Position numbers and translations under genes: made by a program. Below the pieces are notes generated by a model, which was not told the origin of the DNA, ran no database searches, and worked only from the letters and a program-made list of their open reading frames with translations. Positions 54,878 to 64,000 of a stretch of DNA of 64,000 bases are shown here, piece by piece. Numbering within the stretch: the first letter of the stretch is position 1; every line of letters starts with the position of its first letter. Where the stretch lies: contig JBKAGE010000078.1 in the NCBI GenBank assembly GCA_046290225.1, positions 192,001 through 256,000 on the forward strand. The letters run 5' to 3'. The stretch is from Bradymonadia bacterium. Lineage in GTDB: Bacteria; Myxococcota_A; Bradymonadia; UBA7976; UBA1532.

Positions 54878-55689
54878 CGTCGGCCGTACCCCAGGTCGAT
54901 GACCGTACGTCGGGCCTCCACCCCCTTCACGTAGTCGAGGAAGGCATACAGGCGCTTCGAGGCCCCTCTACGCGGCACGAGCCAGATGATGAGTTCACCC
55001 CAACGCTGCTGACCGCCCGGGCCAGGCGAGAGAAACCACACCGGCGCCCCCAGTTGTCTCAGCGTGCCCAGATCTGAGATCGCGATGGCGCCAGGCGTGC
55101 GCTTGAGCGCGTCTCTGAGCGCCTCGTCTTCTGGGTATACCGGCCATCGATGTCGATCGAGGGCGTCGTCAACGGCCGCGCCCAGCCCGGCACTCAGACC
55201 GCTGAGCAGGGCCTGAGCTGGATCTTGTCGGGGCCGCAACAACACCATACGGCTCTGTTGATTCGACCACGGCCCGCTCTCTCCCCTCACGGTCTCGATG
55301 AGCGCCTCCATGGTGAGGCTGCGGGTGGGCACCCGTGAGCCCGCCACCACCCCCACGGGGCTCAAAGCCACCTCCACACCTCCAGGAGGCCGCGAGGCGT
55401 CCGCCGGGAGGGCGACGATGGCTGCGTCGATGACACCGGCCGACAGCGCCTGTAGTGCCCCCTCCGAGCCGATGGGCACCTCGACGTTGATGGGCTGCCC
55501 ACCGCTTCGGGCCATGAACTCTGTAGAGAGATGCTTCAGCAGAGGGGTGCCTGCGCTGGCTCCGGCGATGCGAACGATGTCGTCCTCTGCTCGCGGCCGT
55601 GGGGGCTCCAGCTCAGGTGGGGCTGGGGGGTCTTCGCAGGCCAGGCAAAGCAGGCAGGCCAAAATATATGTGCCTGCAAGGCGCCACAT
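54874..55689 (-). CDS. PstS-like periplasmic-binding-fold lipoprotein
   Basis: CLAC lipobox (start ATG 55689); VRIAGASAGTPLL, IGSEGALQALSAGVIDAAI, AFLDYVKG; ATGA coupling to the kinase. Confidence 0.72.
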   Translation of the reverse strand: MWRLAGTYILACLLCLACEDPPAPPELEPPRPRAEDDIVRIAGASAGTPLLKHLSTEFMARSGGQPINVEVPIGSEGALQALSAGVIDAAIVALPADASRPPGGVEVALSPVGVVAGSRVPTRSLTMEALIETVRGESGPWSNQQSRMVLLRPRQDPAQALLSGLSAGLGAAVDDALDRHRWPVYPEDEALRDALKRTPGAIAISDLGTLRQLGAPVWFLSPGPGGQQRWGELIIWLVPRRGASKRLYAFLDYVKGVEARRTVIDLGYGRR

Positions 55690-55760
55690 AGAGCAGACTC
55701 CGGTCATCGAGACCCCAACGGTCAATCTGGAACCACGTACGATCAACAGAGCCCCCAGCC

Positions 55761-56414
55761 ATGTCCACTGCGCCTCACACCCCCCTGGACTTCGTCCGAC
55801 ACAGCCCTGACCAGATGCACGCTCGAGCGGAGACGCTCTTCGACGAGATGAAGCGCCGCAGAAGCGTGCGCACCTTCAGTGACGAGGCGGTGCCCCTGGA
55901 CGTGGTGCGTCAGTGCATCCACATCGCCGGACAAGCCCCTTCCGGGGCCAACAAACAGCCGTGGACCTTCGCGCTGGTCACGGATCCGGAGATCAAGCGT
56001 CACATCAGGGAGGCCGCTGAGGCAGAGGAGGCGCGCTTCTACGGGGGCCGCGCCCCCCAATCCTGGCTCGACGACCTCGCCCCTCTCGGCACCGACGACA
56101 AGAAGCCGTTCCTCGAGCATGCCCCCGCTCTGATTGTGCTCTTCGCTCACACCAAGGCCGCTGACGGCAGTAAACACTACTATGTCCAGGAATCTGTGGG
56201 CATCGCAGCTGGCATGCTCATCGGTGCTCTGCACCAAGTCGGTCTGGCCACGTTGACCCACACGCCCTCCCCCATGGGGTTTCTCTCGGAGATCTTGAAG
56301 CGTCCGGCACACGAGCGCGCCTACCTGCTGCTGCCTGTGGGCTACCCTCACGAGGACACCCTGGTGCCCGACATCACCCGCAAGCCCCTCGAAGAGATCC
56401 TGGCTGAATACTGA
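55761..56414 (+). CDS. Nitroreductase-superfamily flavoprotein, iodotyrosine deiodinase-like
   Basis: RRRSVRTF, APSGANKQPWTF, REAAEAEEARFY, WLDDLAPLGT, KPFLE, TLTHTP, LLLPVGYP. Confidence 0.85.
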   Translation: MSTAPHTPLDFVRHSPDQMHARAETLFDEMKRRRSVRTFSDEAVPLDVVRQCIHIAGQAPSGANKQPWTFALVTDPEIKRHIREAAEAEEARFYGGRAPQSWLDDLAPLGTDDKKPFLEHAPALIVLFAHTKAADGSKHYYVQESVGIAAGMLIGALHQVGLATLTHTPSPMGFLSEILKRPAHERAYLLLPVGYPHEDTLVPDITRKPLEEILAEY

Positions 56415-56771
56415 TCATGTGGCCTCCGCACTCCAGTGGAAGGCCACGGCGAGCATGTGGTCGCCCATCTGGCTGTGATCGAGGCTGATGTGGCCACGGC
56501 AAATCTCTGCTGCTCTGCCCACGAGTTTCACCTGACCGTCCGGCAGGATCCGAATATCGGACCAGTTCACGCCCTCTTGCCAGAGTCCAGTGCCCAGTGA
56601 TTTGGCGATGGCCTCCTTGCCAGTCCAGAGGCGAACGGCGCGCAGGGCGTCAGCAGACTCAGGGGCCTCTTCAGGGGCGCAGACGAGGGTCAGCACGCGG
56701 CGACGCCGGGCAACGACCCTGGCGAGGCGCTCCATGTGCGCCACGTCGATGCCCACCCCGATCAGCGGCAC
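56415..56771 (-). CDS. acpS: Holo-ACP synthase (AcpS-type phosphopantetheinyl transferase)
   Basis: GVGIDV, WTGKEAIAKSLGTG; 118 aa. Confidence 0.78.
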   Translation of the reverse strand: MPLIGVGIDVAHMERLARVVARRRRVLTLVCAPEEAPESADALRAVRLWTGKEAIAKSLGTGLWQEGVNWSDIRILPDGQVKLVGRAAEICRGHISLDHSQMGDHMLAVAFHWSAEAT

Positions 56772-56772
56772 G

Positions 56773-57387
56773 TTATCGTCGCCCGGCCCGACGGGCAGGT
56801 ACCCAGTCCTCGGCGAGATCTTCTGGCACCTCGGGGATCACGGTGAGGTTGAGGCCGAGAATCCGCCCCAGTTTGTCGAGCAATGCAGTGTCGAGTCTGC
56901 TGGTGCCCGCACCTTCGATGAAAATCCAGAAGCGGGCCATGGCCGTCGGTTGTCCAAAGTCGACCTCTTTGAGCTTCAGATCAGAGCCACACGAGGGGCA
57001 CCGCAACTCGAACCGGTCGATGGGAAAATAGTTCAGACGCCCCAAGGCAGGCTGGAGCACGTCATCGCCAATCTCGTCCCCACAGACACCACACAGGGTG
57101 TGAGGGAAACCCTCACCGTGATTCCGAGGCAGCAACCTCGCCCGAGAGACTGTCTCGACTCTGAGCGCGTCGAAGGTCAGCTCTGCAGGCAGCAAATCGT
57201 CATAGGCATCGTGGTGGAACAGCTGGGCTGTCTGCGCGCCGGGGGTGTAGGCGCCGTCGTGGTGATCGCCAATGATGTCCACTCGCTTCAAGAAGTCGAG
57301 GACCTGCTCGATGGCTTCTTCGGTGGGCACCAGGCCTTTGAGGCCCCGCGGGGTGAGGTACAGATTCAACATAATTTCATCACCCAC
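56773..57387 (-). CDS. Hypothetical protein with zinc-ribbon (CGVC...CPSC)
   Basis: Two CxxC motifs; tightly packed with acpS; start may be ATG 57372. Confidence 0.7.
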   Translation of the reverse strand: MGDEIMLNLYLTPRGLKGLVPTEEAIEQVLDFLKRVDIIGDHHDGAYTPGAQTAQLFHHDAYDDLLPAELTFDALRVETVSRARLLPRNHGEGFPHTLCGVCGDEIGDDVLQPALGRLNYFPIDRFELRCPSCGSDLKLKEVDFGQPTAMARFWIFIEGAGTSRLDTALLDKLGRILGLNLTVIPEVPEDLAEDWVPARRAGRR

Positions 57388-57558
57388 TTGACTGAGATTT
57401 CATCTAACCGCATCAAGCACCCCCCGTCCAGTTGACCCCAAGCCAGCCGCTCTCTCAAAGGCTCGCTTGCGGTGCTCTCGATGGTTGTAGGAAACTGTAC
57501 GTCCTTTTTCAGGGGAGAGCTGAAGCCTGTGCGAGGCTTCGGCGCACGCGAGGTGGAG

Positions 57559-59550
57559 ATGAAGCGGTTGAGTTGGATGAAGACGGTGGCCCTGGCAGCA
57601 GCGGTCATGTGGTCGGGCAGCTGTGCTGACGAGGGTTCGCCTGGACTCGGCAATGTTGCTGATCAGGGGCCTGGGGCGGACATGACCATCGGGCCCGCGG
57701 GCGGAGCAGGTGCAGCCATGGGCGGTGCCGGAGGCGCTGGTGGTCAACCCCCACAATGCCCCGACGTCGATCAGGACGGCTTCGCCGACCGCAGCTGCAA
57801 CCCGGATCCCCGGCAAGGCGGCGGTGACTGTGACGATCTCAACCCGCTCCGCAGCCCTGGCCGCGAGGAGAACTGCGGGAACATGATCGACGATGATTGC
57901 GACGGTCAGATCAACGACGGCTGCGAGTCCAACTGTATGGACCTCGACAACGACGGGTTCCAGGACATCGCATGCAACCCTGATCGTCGCACTGGTGGTG
58001 ACTGCAACGATCGCGACGAGACTGTCAACCCGGGCACCGCGGAGCGTTGCGGTAACTTCAAGGACGATGACTGCCAGGGCGGCGACGTGCCCTGCCTCCA
58101 GAACTGCGTCGACATGGATCTCGACGGTTTCGGTGAGGGCTCGGGCTGCAATGGCCCCGACTGTGACGACACCCGGGCAGACGTGAACCCCTGGACGAGC
58201 GAGATCTGCGCTGATGGCATCGATCAAGACTGCAACGGCGCTGATCTCAACTGCCCCCGTGACTGTGAGGATCTCGACGGTGACGGCTTTGGACGCGGCA
58301 ATGGCTGCCGTGGCCCCGACTGTGACGATCGCAACCCGCAGATCAACGCCGGCGCCCGGGACATTGCCAACGACGGCATCGACCAGGACTGTGACGGCGA
58401 AGATCTGACGCCGTCGATGGACTGCCGCGATCTGGACACTGACGGCTATGGCGAGGGTGCTGGCTGTGCGGGCCAGGACTGTGATGATCGAGATCCCCGT
58501 ATCAACCCCGGCCGTATGGAGATCTGCGGCAACGGCCTGGACGATGACTGCTTCAATGGCGATCAGGTCTGTGTGGGCATGGGCACGGGCTCATGCGAAG
58601 ACAACGACGGTGACGGCTACGGCATGGGCGGCTGCCCCAACGGCAACCTCGACTGTGACGACGGCAACGCCGAGGTGAACCCGGGCGCTCGAGAGGTGTG
58701 CAACGGCCGCGACGACAACTGCAACGGTGAGGTCGATGAGTGCGCTCTCCGCAACCAGATCTGCGACGGTGCCGCCTGCGTGGGTGACTCCGGCGCCCCC
58801 TGTCGTGAGGACGGGGAGTGTGCTCAGCAGCTGGGTCTGTTCTGTGATCCGGGATCGAACGAGTGCCGCATCGCCGGTGGCGAGACCTGCATGGACAACG
58901 CACAGTGTGTCTCTGGTGCGGAGTGCATCGTCCTCGATGTGTGTGATGGAGACGAAGCCCGCTGCTACCAGGCCAAGAGCGGCCCCTGTGAAGACAGCTG
59001 TGATTGTACGGGTGAGTGGCTCTGCCACCAGAGCAACGACCGCTGTGTGGAATGCTTCGACGATGGTGACTGCCGCGCCGATGCCCGAGACACCTGCACC
59101 GACGGCGGTTACTGCGCCGAGACGGTGGCCCTCGGTGGAGCCGGCGTAGACATGCGCTTCGAACTCTACCGCCGCTTTGTGCTCTGCTGGAACGCCTTCA
59201 ACGGCAGCAACGAGATGGAAGCCTGTGACGTGCTGCTCCTCGACGATGTCTTGGAGGTGGGTGGCATGGCGGTCAACAGCTTCGGTGATGCCGACGAGGT
59301 TGATGGTGAAGCCTGTGATCTCGACGAAGAGTTGGCAGCAGCTGGCTTCTCTGAAGACGACATCGAGGTGGTTGAGGAGCTCTTCGGTTGTGGGCTCTTC
59401 GACATCTTCAACATCTACTGGGTCGATGCGCTGACGCCTGGGAGCCAGTGGTGCGTGTACTACGTGCCGGAGAAGTCCGACTTCGGCTTCCCCAACGACA
59501 CCCGCCCCGCGGTGACGGTGGGTAGCTGTGAGGTGTCCTACTTCGACTGA
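57559..59550 (+). CDS. Cys/Asp-rich lipoprotein with six MopE-related putative metal-binding repeats
   Basis: SGSC lipobox, GAGGTGGAG SD; six DxDxDG[FY]...DC[DN]D...D[DQ][DN]C units followed by Cys-rich modules. Confidence 0.87.
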   Translation: MKRLSWMKTVALAAAVMWSGSCADEGSPGLGNVADQGPGADMTIGPAGGAGAAMGGAGGAGGQPPQCPDVDQDGFADRSCNPDPRQGGGDCDDLNPLRSPGREENCGNMIDDDCDGQINDGCESNCMDLDNDGFQDIACNPDRRTGGDCNDRDETVNPGTAERCGNFKDDDCQGGDVPCLQNCVDMDLDGFGEGSGCNGPDCDDTRADVNPWTSEICADGIDQDCNGADLNCPRDCEDLDGDGFGRGNGCRGPDCDDRNPQINAGARDIANDGIDQDCDGEDLTPSMDCRDLDTDGYGEGAGCAGQDCDDRDPRINPGRMEICGNGLDDDCFNGDQVCVGMGTGSCEDNDGDGYGMGGCPNGNLDCDDGNAEVNPGAREVCNGRDDNCNGEVDECALRNQICDGAACVGDSGAPCREDGECAQQLGLFCDPGSNECRIAGGETCMDNAQCVSGAECIVLDVCDGDEARCYQAKSGPCEDSCDCTGEWLCHQSNDRCVECFDDGDCRADARDTCTDGGYCAETVALGGAGVDMRFELYRRFVLCWNAFNGSNEMEACDVLLLDDVLEVGGMAVNSFGDADEVDGEACDLDEELAAAGFSEDDIEVVEELFGCGLFDIFNIYWVDALTPGSQWCVYYVPEKSDFGFPNDTRPAVTVGSCEVSYFD

Positions 59551-60305
59551 CGCAGCTGGTCGAGAAACAGCCCCTGGTGGACCTTCATCGTCTGCCCGAA
59601 GATCTGTTGAAAGGCCTCCCCCACCGGCACACCTGCCCGAGCCTGCCGCGCCAGTGCCTTCATCCATCCCCACCCGCTCTGTTGATGCCTGAGACTGTCG
59701 ACCCAGTGATGGCAGGCTGTGTAGTACAGCTCGACTGAGCCGCTGGGGTCGAAGGGGTCAATCTCACGGTGTGCTCTCAGATGCGCCCCAAGCTGCTCTC
59801 TATCGGCCCTGTAAGCCCCTTGCCCGCTCAGGAGGCTGGCAATGCCTTCCTCCATCTCTGGCGGCCAGATACCCACAACACCACCATCACGGCCCTCAAT
59901 CAGCCCCATCAACCGCACATGCACCCATTCGTGGGCGATGATGCCCACGATTTGACCGCGGTCGATGCTCTCGGGCCATGCCCAAGGTGACCAGAGGTGG
60001 ATCGCCTCAGGCAGAGCGATGGCCCTCACCCAAGCGGGCTGAGGTCCAGCGACTGAGCCGACATCAGCCTGGTTTTGATAGACATGGATCAGGAGCTGGT
60101 CCGGGCCTGAGAGTGGCCCATTTCTCAACAGGGCCTCGGCATCCAGAATCAGTGACCAGAGGGGTTCGTGCTTGTCTTCATTGAGCCCATGGGCCAGGAG
60201 GATCACTCGCCCACCCTGAACAGCCCTGTCACTCTGAGCCAGCGGTGCCCGGCCGCTGCATCCACCTACGAGCGGCGCAGCCAAAAAAAAAGCCCTGGTG
60301 AACAT
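59538..60305 (-). CDS. Putative gluzincin (peptidase MA-like) protein, possible lipoprotein
   Basis: IIAHEWVH plus downstream EEGIASLL; possible LVGGC lipobox; start uncertain because it overlaps the rplQ terminator. Confidence 0.6.
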   Translation of the reverse strand: MFTRAFFLAAPLVGGCSGRAPLAQSDRAVQGGRVILLAHGLNEDKHEPLWSLILDAEALLRNGPLSGPDQLLIHVYQNQADVGSVAGPQPAWVRAIALPEAIHLWSPWAWPESIDRGQIVGIIAHEWVHVRLMGLIEGRDGGVVGIWPPEMEEGIASLLSGQGAYRADREQLGAHLRAHREIDPFDPSGSVELYYTACHHWVDSLRHQQSGWGWMKALARQARAGVPVGEAFQQIFGQTMKVHQGLFLDQLRQSK

Positions 60306-60317
60306 CACCAGGGCTTT
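60283..60317 (-). terminator. Rho-independent terminator after rplQ
   Basis: Minus strand GCCCTGGTGA-TGT-TCACCAGGGC followed by T9. Confidence 0.88.
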
Positions 60318-60355
60318 CTTCGTGCTCATCGACGTGAGTCGGTGTGCGCGCCTCT

Positions 60356-60883
60356 TCAGGCGTCGGCGGACTTCTCGACCTCGGCAGCCTCGGCCACCTC
60401 GGTCTCGGCAGGTGCAGCTGCGACAGCCTCACCACCGCTCAACAGGACGTCCTGCACAGCGGCGTCACCCTCGGGGATGAGCTCGATGATGGCCATCTCG
60501 GCGCCGTCACCGAGACGACGACCCACCTTGATGATGCGGGTGTAACCACCAGGACGATCGATGTAACGCTCGGCCAGCTCACCGAAGAGCTTCTCGAGGA
60601 TCACGCGGTCCTGGATGGTCTTGCCAGCCTGACGCACAGCAGCAACGCGGGCTGCGGTGAGCTGGGCCTTCTCGGCATCGCTGCCAGCGGCTTCGACCTT
60701 GCTGGCGGCATGACGACGCGCAAGGGTGATGAGCTTCTCGGCATGACGCCGAAGCTCCTTGGCCTTGGGCTCGGTGGTCTCGATCTTCTCTACCTCGAAG
60801 AGAGCAGAGGTGAGGTTGCGAAACAGGGCCACCCGATGGCTGGCGTTACGCCCGAGCTTCCGTCCGGATTTGCGATGGCGCAT
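60356..60883 (-). CDS. rplQ: 50S ribosomal protein L17 (internal insertion, acidic tail)
   Basis: MRHRKSGRKLGRNASHR, RPGGYTRIIK, GDGAEMAIIEL. Confidence 0.97.
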   Translation of the reverse strand: MRHRKSGRKLGRNASHRVALFRNLTSALFEVEKIETTEPKAKELRRHAEKLITLARRHAASKVEAAGSDAEKAQLTAARVAAVRQAGKTIQDRVILEKLFGELAERYIDRPGGYTRIIKVGRRLGDGAEMAIIELIPEGDAAVQDVLLSGGEAVAAAPAETEVAEAAEVEKSADA

Positions 60884-60930
60884 GATAGTGCTCCGTAAAA
60901 AATATCGTATACAGGTACGATGCCTTCAGC

Positions 60931-61962
60931 TCACTTACGGCGAGCGTCCGGGCTCCACCCTTCGAGTTTCATACCGAGTGCCAGGCCCATGGTGGCCAGG
61001 ACCTCTTTGATCTCTTTGAGAGACTTCCGACCAAAGTTCTTGGTCTTGAGCATCTCAGCTTCGGTCCGCTGAACCAGCTCACCGATGAATTTGATGTTGG
61101 CATTCTGCAGGCAGTTGGCCGAGCGCACCGAGAGCTCAAGCTCATCGACGGTGCGGTACAGGTTCTCGTTCTGCAGCAGCTCGTTCACCGGGGAATCGAC
61201 ATCCTCTTCGGGCTCGGCCTCTTCATCGAAGTTGATGAAGATGCTCACCTGCTCTTTGAGGATCTTGGCGGCGTAGGCCACGGCGTCGACAGGGATGACG
61301 CTGCCGTCGGTCCACACCTCGAGCACCAGACGATCGTAGTCAGTCTGCTGACCGACGCGAGCGTTGGTGACGTTGTAGTTCACGCGCCGAATGGGGCTGA
61401 ACATGGCGTCGATGGGGATGGTCCCCACAGGCTGGTTCTCGCTCTTGTTCTTCTCGGCAGGCACATAGCCCCAACCGGTCCGCACGGACAGCTCCATGCT
61501 GAGCCGGCCACCCTCGCTCACGGTGGCGATGTGGGCGTCGGGGTTGAGCACGTCCACCATGCCATCGCCGACGATGTCGGCACCGGTGACGGTGGCGGGG
61601 CCGGTGACGTCGAGACGCACGACGCGCGGCTCGTTGGTGTGCACCTTGAACCGCAGCTCCTTTACGTTGAGGATGATGTCAGTCACATCCTCGAGCACCT
61701 CAGGCACACTGCTGAACTCGTGCAGCACACCATCGATCCGCAGCGCGGTGCATGCTGCGCCCTGAAGGGACGACAGCAGGATCCGCCGCAGCGAGTTGCC
61801 GATGGTGATGCCGTAGCCCCGCTCAAAGGGCTCGGCGACGAACTTGCCATAGGTGTCAGTGGCGTGCTCGACCTGGATGCCCTTGGGACGAATCAAATCG
61901 CGCCAGTTGCGGGCGATCATCTCCATCGGCTTGTTCTCATCGACATTGACGTCATTCGTCAT
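60931..61962 (-). CDS. rpoA: RNA polymerase alpha subunit
   Basis: [45 protein letters not shown]. Confidence 0.99.
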   Translation of the reverse strand: MTNDVNVDENKPMEMIARNWRDLIRPKGIQVEHATDTYGKFVAEPFERGYGITIGNSLRRILLSSLQGAACTALRIDGVLHEFSSVPEVLEDVTDIILNVKELRFKVHTNEPRVVRLDVTGPATVTGADIVGDGMVDVLNPDAHIATVSEGGRLSMELSVRTGWGYVPAEKNKSENQPVGTIPIDAMFSPIRRVNYNVTNARVGQQTDYDRLVLEVWTDGSVIPVDAVAYAAKILKEQVSIFINFDEEAEPEEDVDSPVNELLQNENLYRTVDELELSVRSANCLQNANIKFIGELVQRTEAEMLKTKNFGRKSLKEIKEVLATMGLALGMKLEGWSPDARRK

Positions 61963-62153
61963 TGCGGACAGTCCCTCCTCAGGGGGGTTACCCGTTTACG
62001 AACCCACTGCGGATCCGGTACCCGAACCAGTGAATGAATCAGACAAGCCAAGACACATGTCGTCAGCCTGCCCCTGCTCGCCCGAGGGCGACGTTCAAAC
62101 ACAGCAGCGGCCACCCAGTTGAAGAGCGACCGCCACGCTGTGCAACCGCGAGA

Positions 62154-62549
62154 TTAGACGCGGCGACGCTTGGGGGGACGACACCCGTTGTGGGGAATCG
62201 GCGTGACGTCACGGATGTGAGTCACCTTGAACCCCGCCGAGTTGAGCGCCCGCAGCGCAGCCTCACGGCCAGCGCCAGGCCCCTTCACGTAGATGCCGAT
62301 GGAACGCATGCCATGCTCCATGGCTTTGCGCGCGGCATCTTCGGCGGCAAGCTGCGCCGCGAAGGGGGTGCTCTTCCGGCTGCCCTTGAAACCGCGGGAG
62401 CCGGCCGAGGACCAGGAGATGCAGTTCCCCTGGACGTCGGTGATGGTGATGATGGTGTTGTTGAACGTCGACTGAATGTGGGCAATGCCCGACTGGACGT
62501 TCTTCTTCACCTTGCGCTTGGTGCCCTTGCGGGAAGATGCCTTGGCCAT
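62154..62549 (-). CDS. rpsK: 30S ribosomal protein S11
   Basis: [37 protein letters not shown]. Confidence 0.99.
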   Translation of the reverse strand: MAKASSRKGTKRKVKKNVQSGIAHIQSTFNNTIITITDVQGNCISWSSAGSRGFKGSRKSTPFAAQLAAEDAARKAMEHGMRSIGIYVKGPGAGREAALRALNSAGFKVTHIRDVTPIPHNGCRPPKRRRV

Positions 62550-62573
62550 GGTTCAGGCGCCTTTCAGATATCT

Positions 62574-62942
62574 TTACTTCTTCTTCTTGGGCACGACCTT
62601 GCGGGGGCCCTTACGAGTCCTGGCGTTGGTCCGAGTACGCTGACCACGAACCGGCAGGCCGCGACGATGGCGCAGCCCACGGTAGCAGCCGAGATCCATC
62701 AAACGCTTGATGTTCAACTGCACCGTGCGACGAAGATCACCCTCAACCTTGAGGTGATCTTCGATGTAGGTCCGGATGCGACGAACGTCAGCATCAGACA
62801 GGTTGTCGGTCCGCAGGTTCTCGTCGATCCCACACGAGGCGAGGATCTTGGCCGAGGTGGAACGACCAATCCCGTGGATGTAGGTCAGACCAATCAGGAC
62901 CCGCTTGTTACGGGGCAGGTCTACGCCGGAAATACGCGCCAT
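62574..62942 (-). CDS. rpsM: 30S ribosomal protein S13
   Basis: [36 protein letters not shown]. Confidence 0.99.
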   Translation of the reverse strand: MARISGVDLPRNKRVLIGLTYIHGIGRSTSAKILASCGIDENLRTDNLSDADVRRIRTYIEDHLKVEGDLRRTVQLNIKRLMDLGCYRGLRHRRGLPVRGQRTRTNARTRKGPRKVVPKKKK

Positions 62943-62962
62943 CTTAGCTCTCTCCTGTGGGG

Positions 62963-63076
62963 TCAGCCCTGACGCTGCTTGTGGCGTGGGTTCTCACAGA
63001 TGACCCGGACCACCCCATGACGCCGAATAATTTTACACTTTTCGCAAATTCGCCTGACGGAGGCTCGAACCTTCAT
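62963..63076 (-). CDS. rpmJ: 50S ribosomal protein L36 (Zn-binding form)
   Basis: [37 protein letters not shown], 37 aa from ATG 63076. Confidence 0.97.
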   Translation of the reverse strand: MKVRASVRRICEKCKIIRRHGVVRVICENPRHKQRQG

Positions 63077-63221
63077 ATCCCTACTCCAGCTCTTCGTCGG
63101 AGCTTTCAACGGCCACAAGCGCATGGGCCGCTCATAATTTGCAGAGCCGCCTAAAAAGGCGGTTCTAAATAGAGTCAATCCAGCAACAAAGCAAGAAGTT
63201 TGTTGGACTGGTCTGCCCCCT

Positions 63222-63245
63222 GGTCAAACCCACATGGGTTTGACC
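63222..63245. other. Perfect inverted repeat just after the secY stop
   Basis: GGTCAAACCC-ACAT-GGGTTTGACC with no U-tract; second hairpin AGAGCCGCCT/AGGCGGTTCT at 63143-63166. Confidence 0.6.
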
Positions 63246-63249
63246 CCGC

Positions 63250-64000
63250 TCAAGCGGTGGAGGTCTGCCGATTCCGGATACGCCCGCCGCGGCTCCGATC
63301 GGTGAAGTTGTCATAGTCGCGAGTGATCAGGTGACTCCTGATCTGCTCCACAGTATCCAAGGCCACGGAGACGACGATGAGCAGCGAGGTGCCACCGAAG
63401 TAGAACGAGACCTTGAACTCTTCCTGCACGAACATCGGCACGACACACACCGCGGCGACATAAGTAGCGCCACCAGTGGTGATACGGGTCAGCACGAAGT
63501 CGATGTACTCGGCGGTCTTGGCCCCAGGACGAATCCCGGGAATGTAGCCACCATGCTTCTTCAAGTTCTCAGCGACATCGACGGGATTGAACATCACGGC
63601 GGTGTAGAAGTAACAGAAGAAGATGATGAGGCCACAGAAGACCAGGTTGTACTGCCATGCACCAGGCGTCAGCGCGGCCTGAACCGTGTTCATCCACTCA
63701 GCGTCGGTCCACCCCGCGATGGTGGCGGGGAACATCAGGATCGACGAGGCGAAGATGGGCGGAATCACACCAGCCATGTTGACCCGCAGGGGCAAGTGGG
63801 TGCTCTGAGCGGCACCGACCTTGTTACCTACGAGTCGCTTGGCGTACTGAATCGGAATGCGCCGCTGACCCCGTTCGATGAACACGATGAACATGATGAC
63901 AGCCAGCACGACGCCCACGAGAGCGAGCAAGGTGAAGAGCTGAATCTGCTCAGAGCGGAACATCTGCAGAGTCTGCAGGATGGCGTCGGGCAGCCCGGCG
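63250..64000 (-). CDS. secY: Preprotein translocase SecY (5'-partial)
   Basis: [51 protein letters not shown]. Confidence 0.98.
   Translation of the reverse strand, partial: AGLPDAILQTLQMFRSEQIQLFTLLALVGVVLAVIMFIVFIERGQRRIPIQYAKRLVGNKVGAAQSTHLPLRVNMAGVIPPIFASSILMFPATIAGWTDAEWMNTVQAALTPGAWQYNLVFCGLIIFFCYFYTAVMFNPVDVAENLKKHGGYIPGIRPGAKTAEYIDFVLTRITTGGATYVAAVCVVPMFVQEEFKVSFYFGGTSLLIVVSVALDTVEQIRSHLITRDYDNFTDRSRGGRIRNRQTSTA

Noticed and set aside
60897..60921. ATCGTA/TACGAT hairpin + T6 between rpoA and rplQ as a terminator
   Set aside because: A 6-bp AT-rich stem is too weak to call.
1..64000. tRNA/rRNA genes, IS elements, prophage or defence systems
   Set aside because: No cloverleaf or rRNA-like segments in the intergenic gaps, and no transposase, integrase, phage or nuclease motifs among the ORFs; composition looks uniform.

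Overview
GC-rich bacterial chromosomal window. Gene content (eukaryotic-like Ser/Thr kinase, PEGA and Cys-rich metal-binding-repeat lipoproteins, TPR sigma54 activator, minor-pilin cluster) points to a Myxococcota/Bradymonadia-like deltaproteobacterium; this is inference. About 50 CDS. Housekeeping genes: clpB, greA, carB, lipA, rpsU, prfC, murJ, pckA, trmH-like, acpS-like, and secY(partial)-rpmJ-rpsM-rpsK-rpoA-rplQ with no rpsD, adk, map or infA. Accessory loci: (i) a TPR sigma54 activator coupled to a lipoprotein carrying three identical EPVPMPARN peptides; (ii) two tandem ~1400-aa metzincin lipoproteins behind a near-consensus sigma54 promoter; (iii) a fimU-pilV-pilW-pilX-pilY1 cluster behind a second sigma54 promoter, divergent from a putative beta-barrel + 11-heme cytochrome c + lipoprotein + FadL-family operon, the best candidate for an uncharacterised system (porin-cytochrome conduit); (iv) a PstS-fold lipoprotein/histidine kinase/NarL trio divergent from an iodotyrosine-deiodinase-like gene. 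Several core proteins show unusual motif losses (ClpB M-domain, CarB allosteric domain, PckA, a CPBP pseudo-protease), and a long structured leader precedes the homocysteine methyltransferase/MTHFR gene. No rRNA, tRNA, CRISPR array, transposase, integrase or reverse transcriptase was recognised. All calls are by-eye motif recognition; no searches were run.
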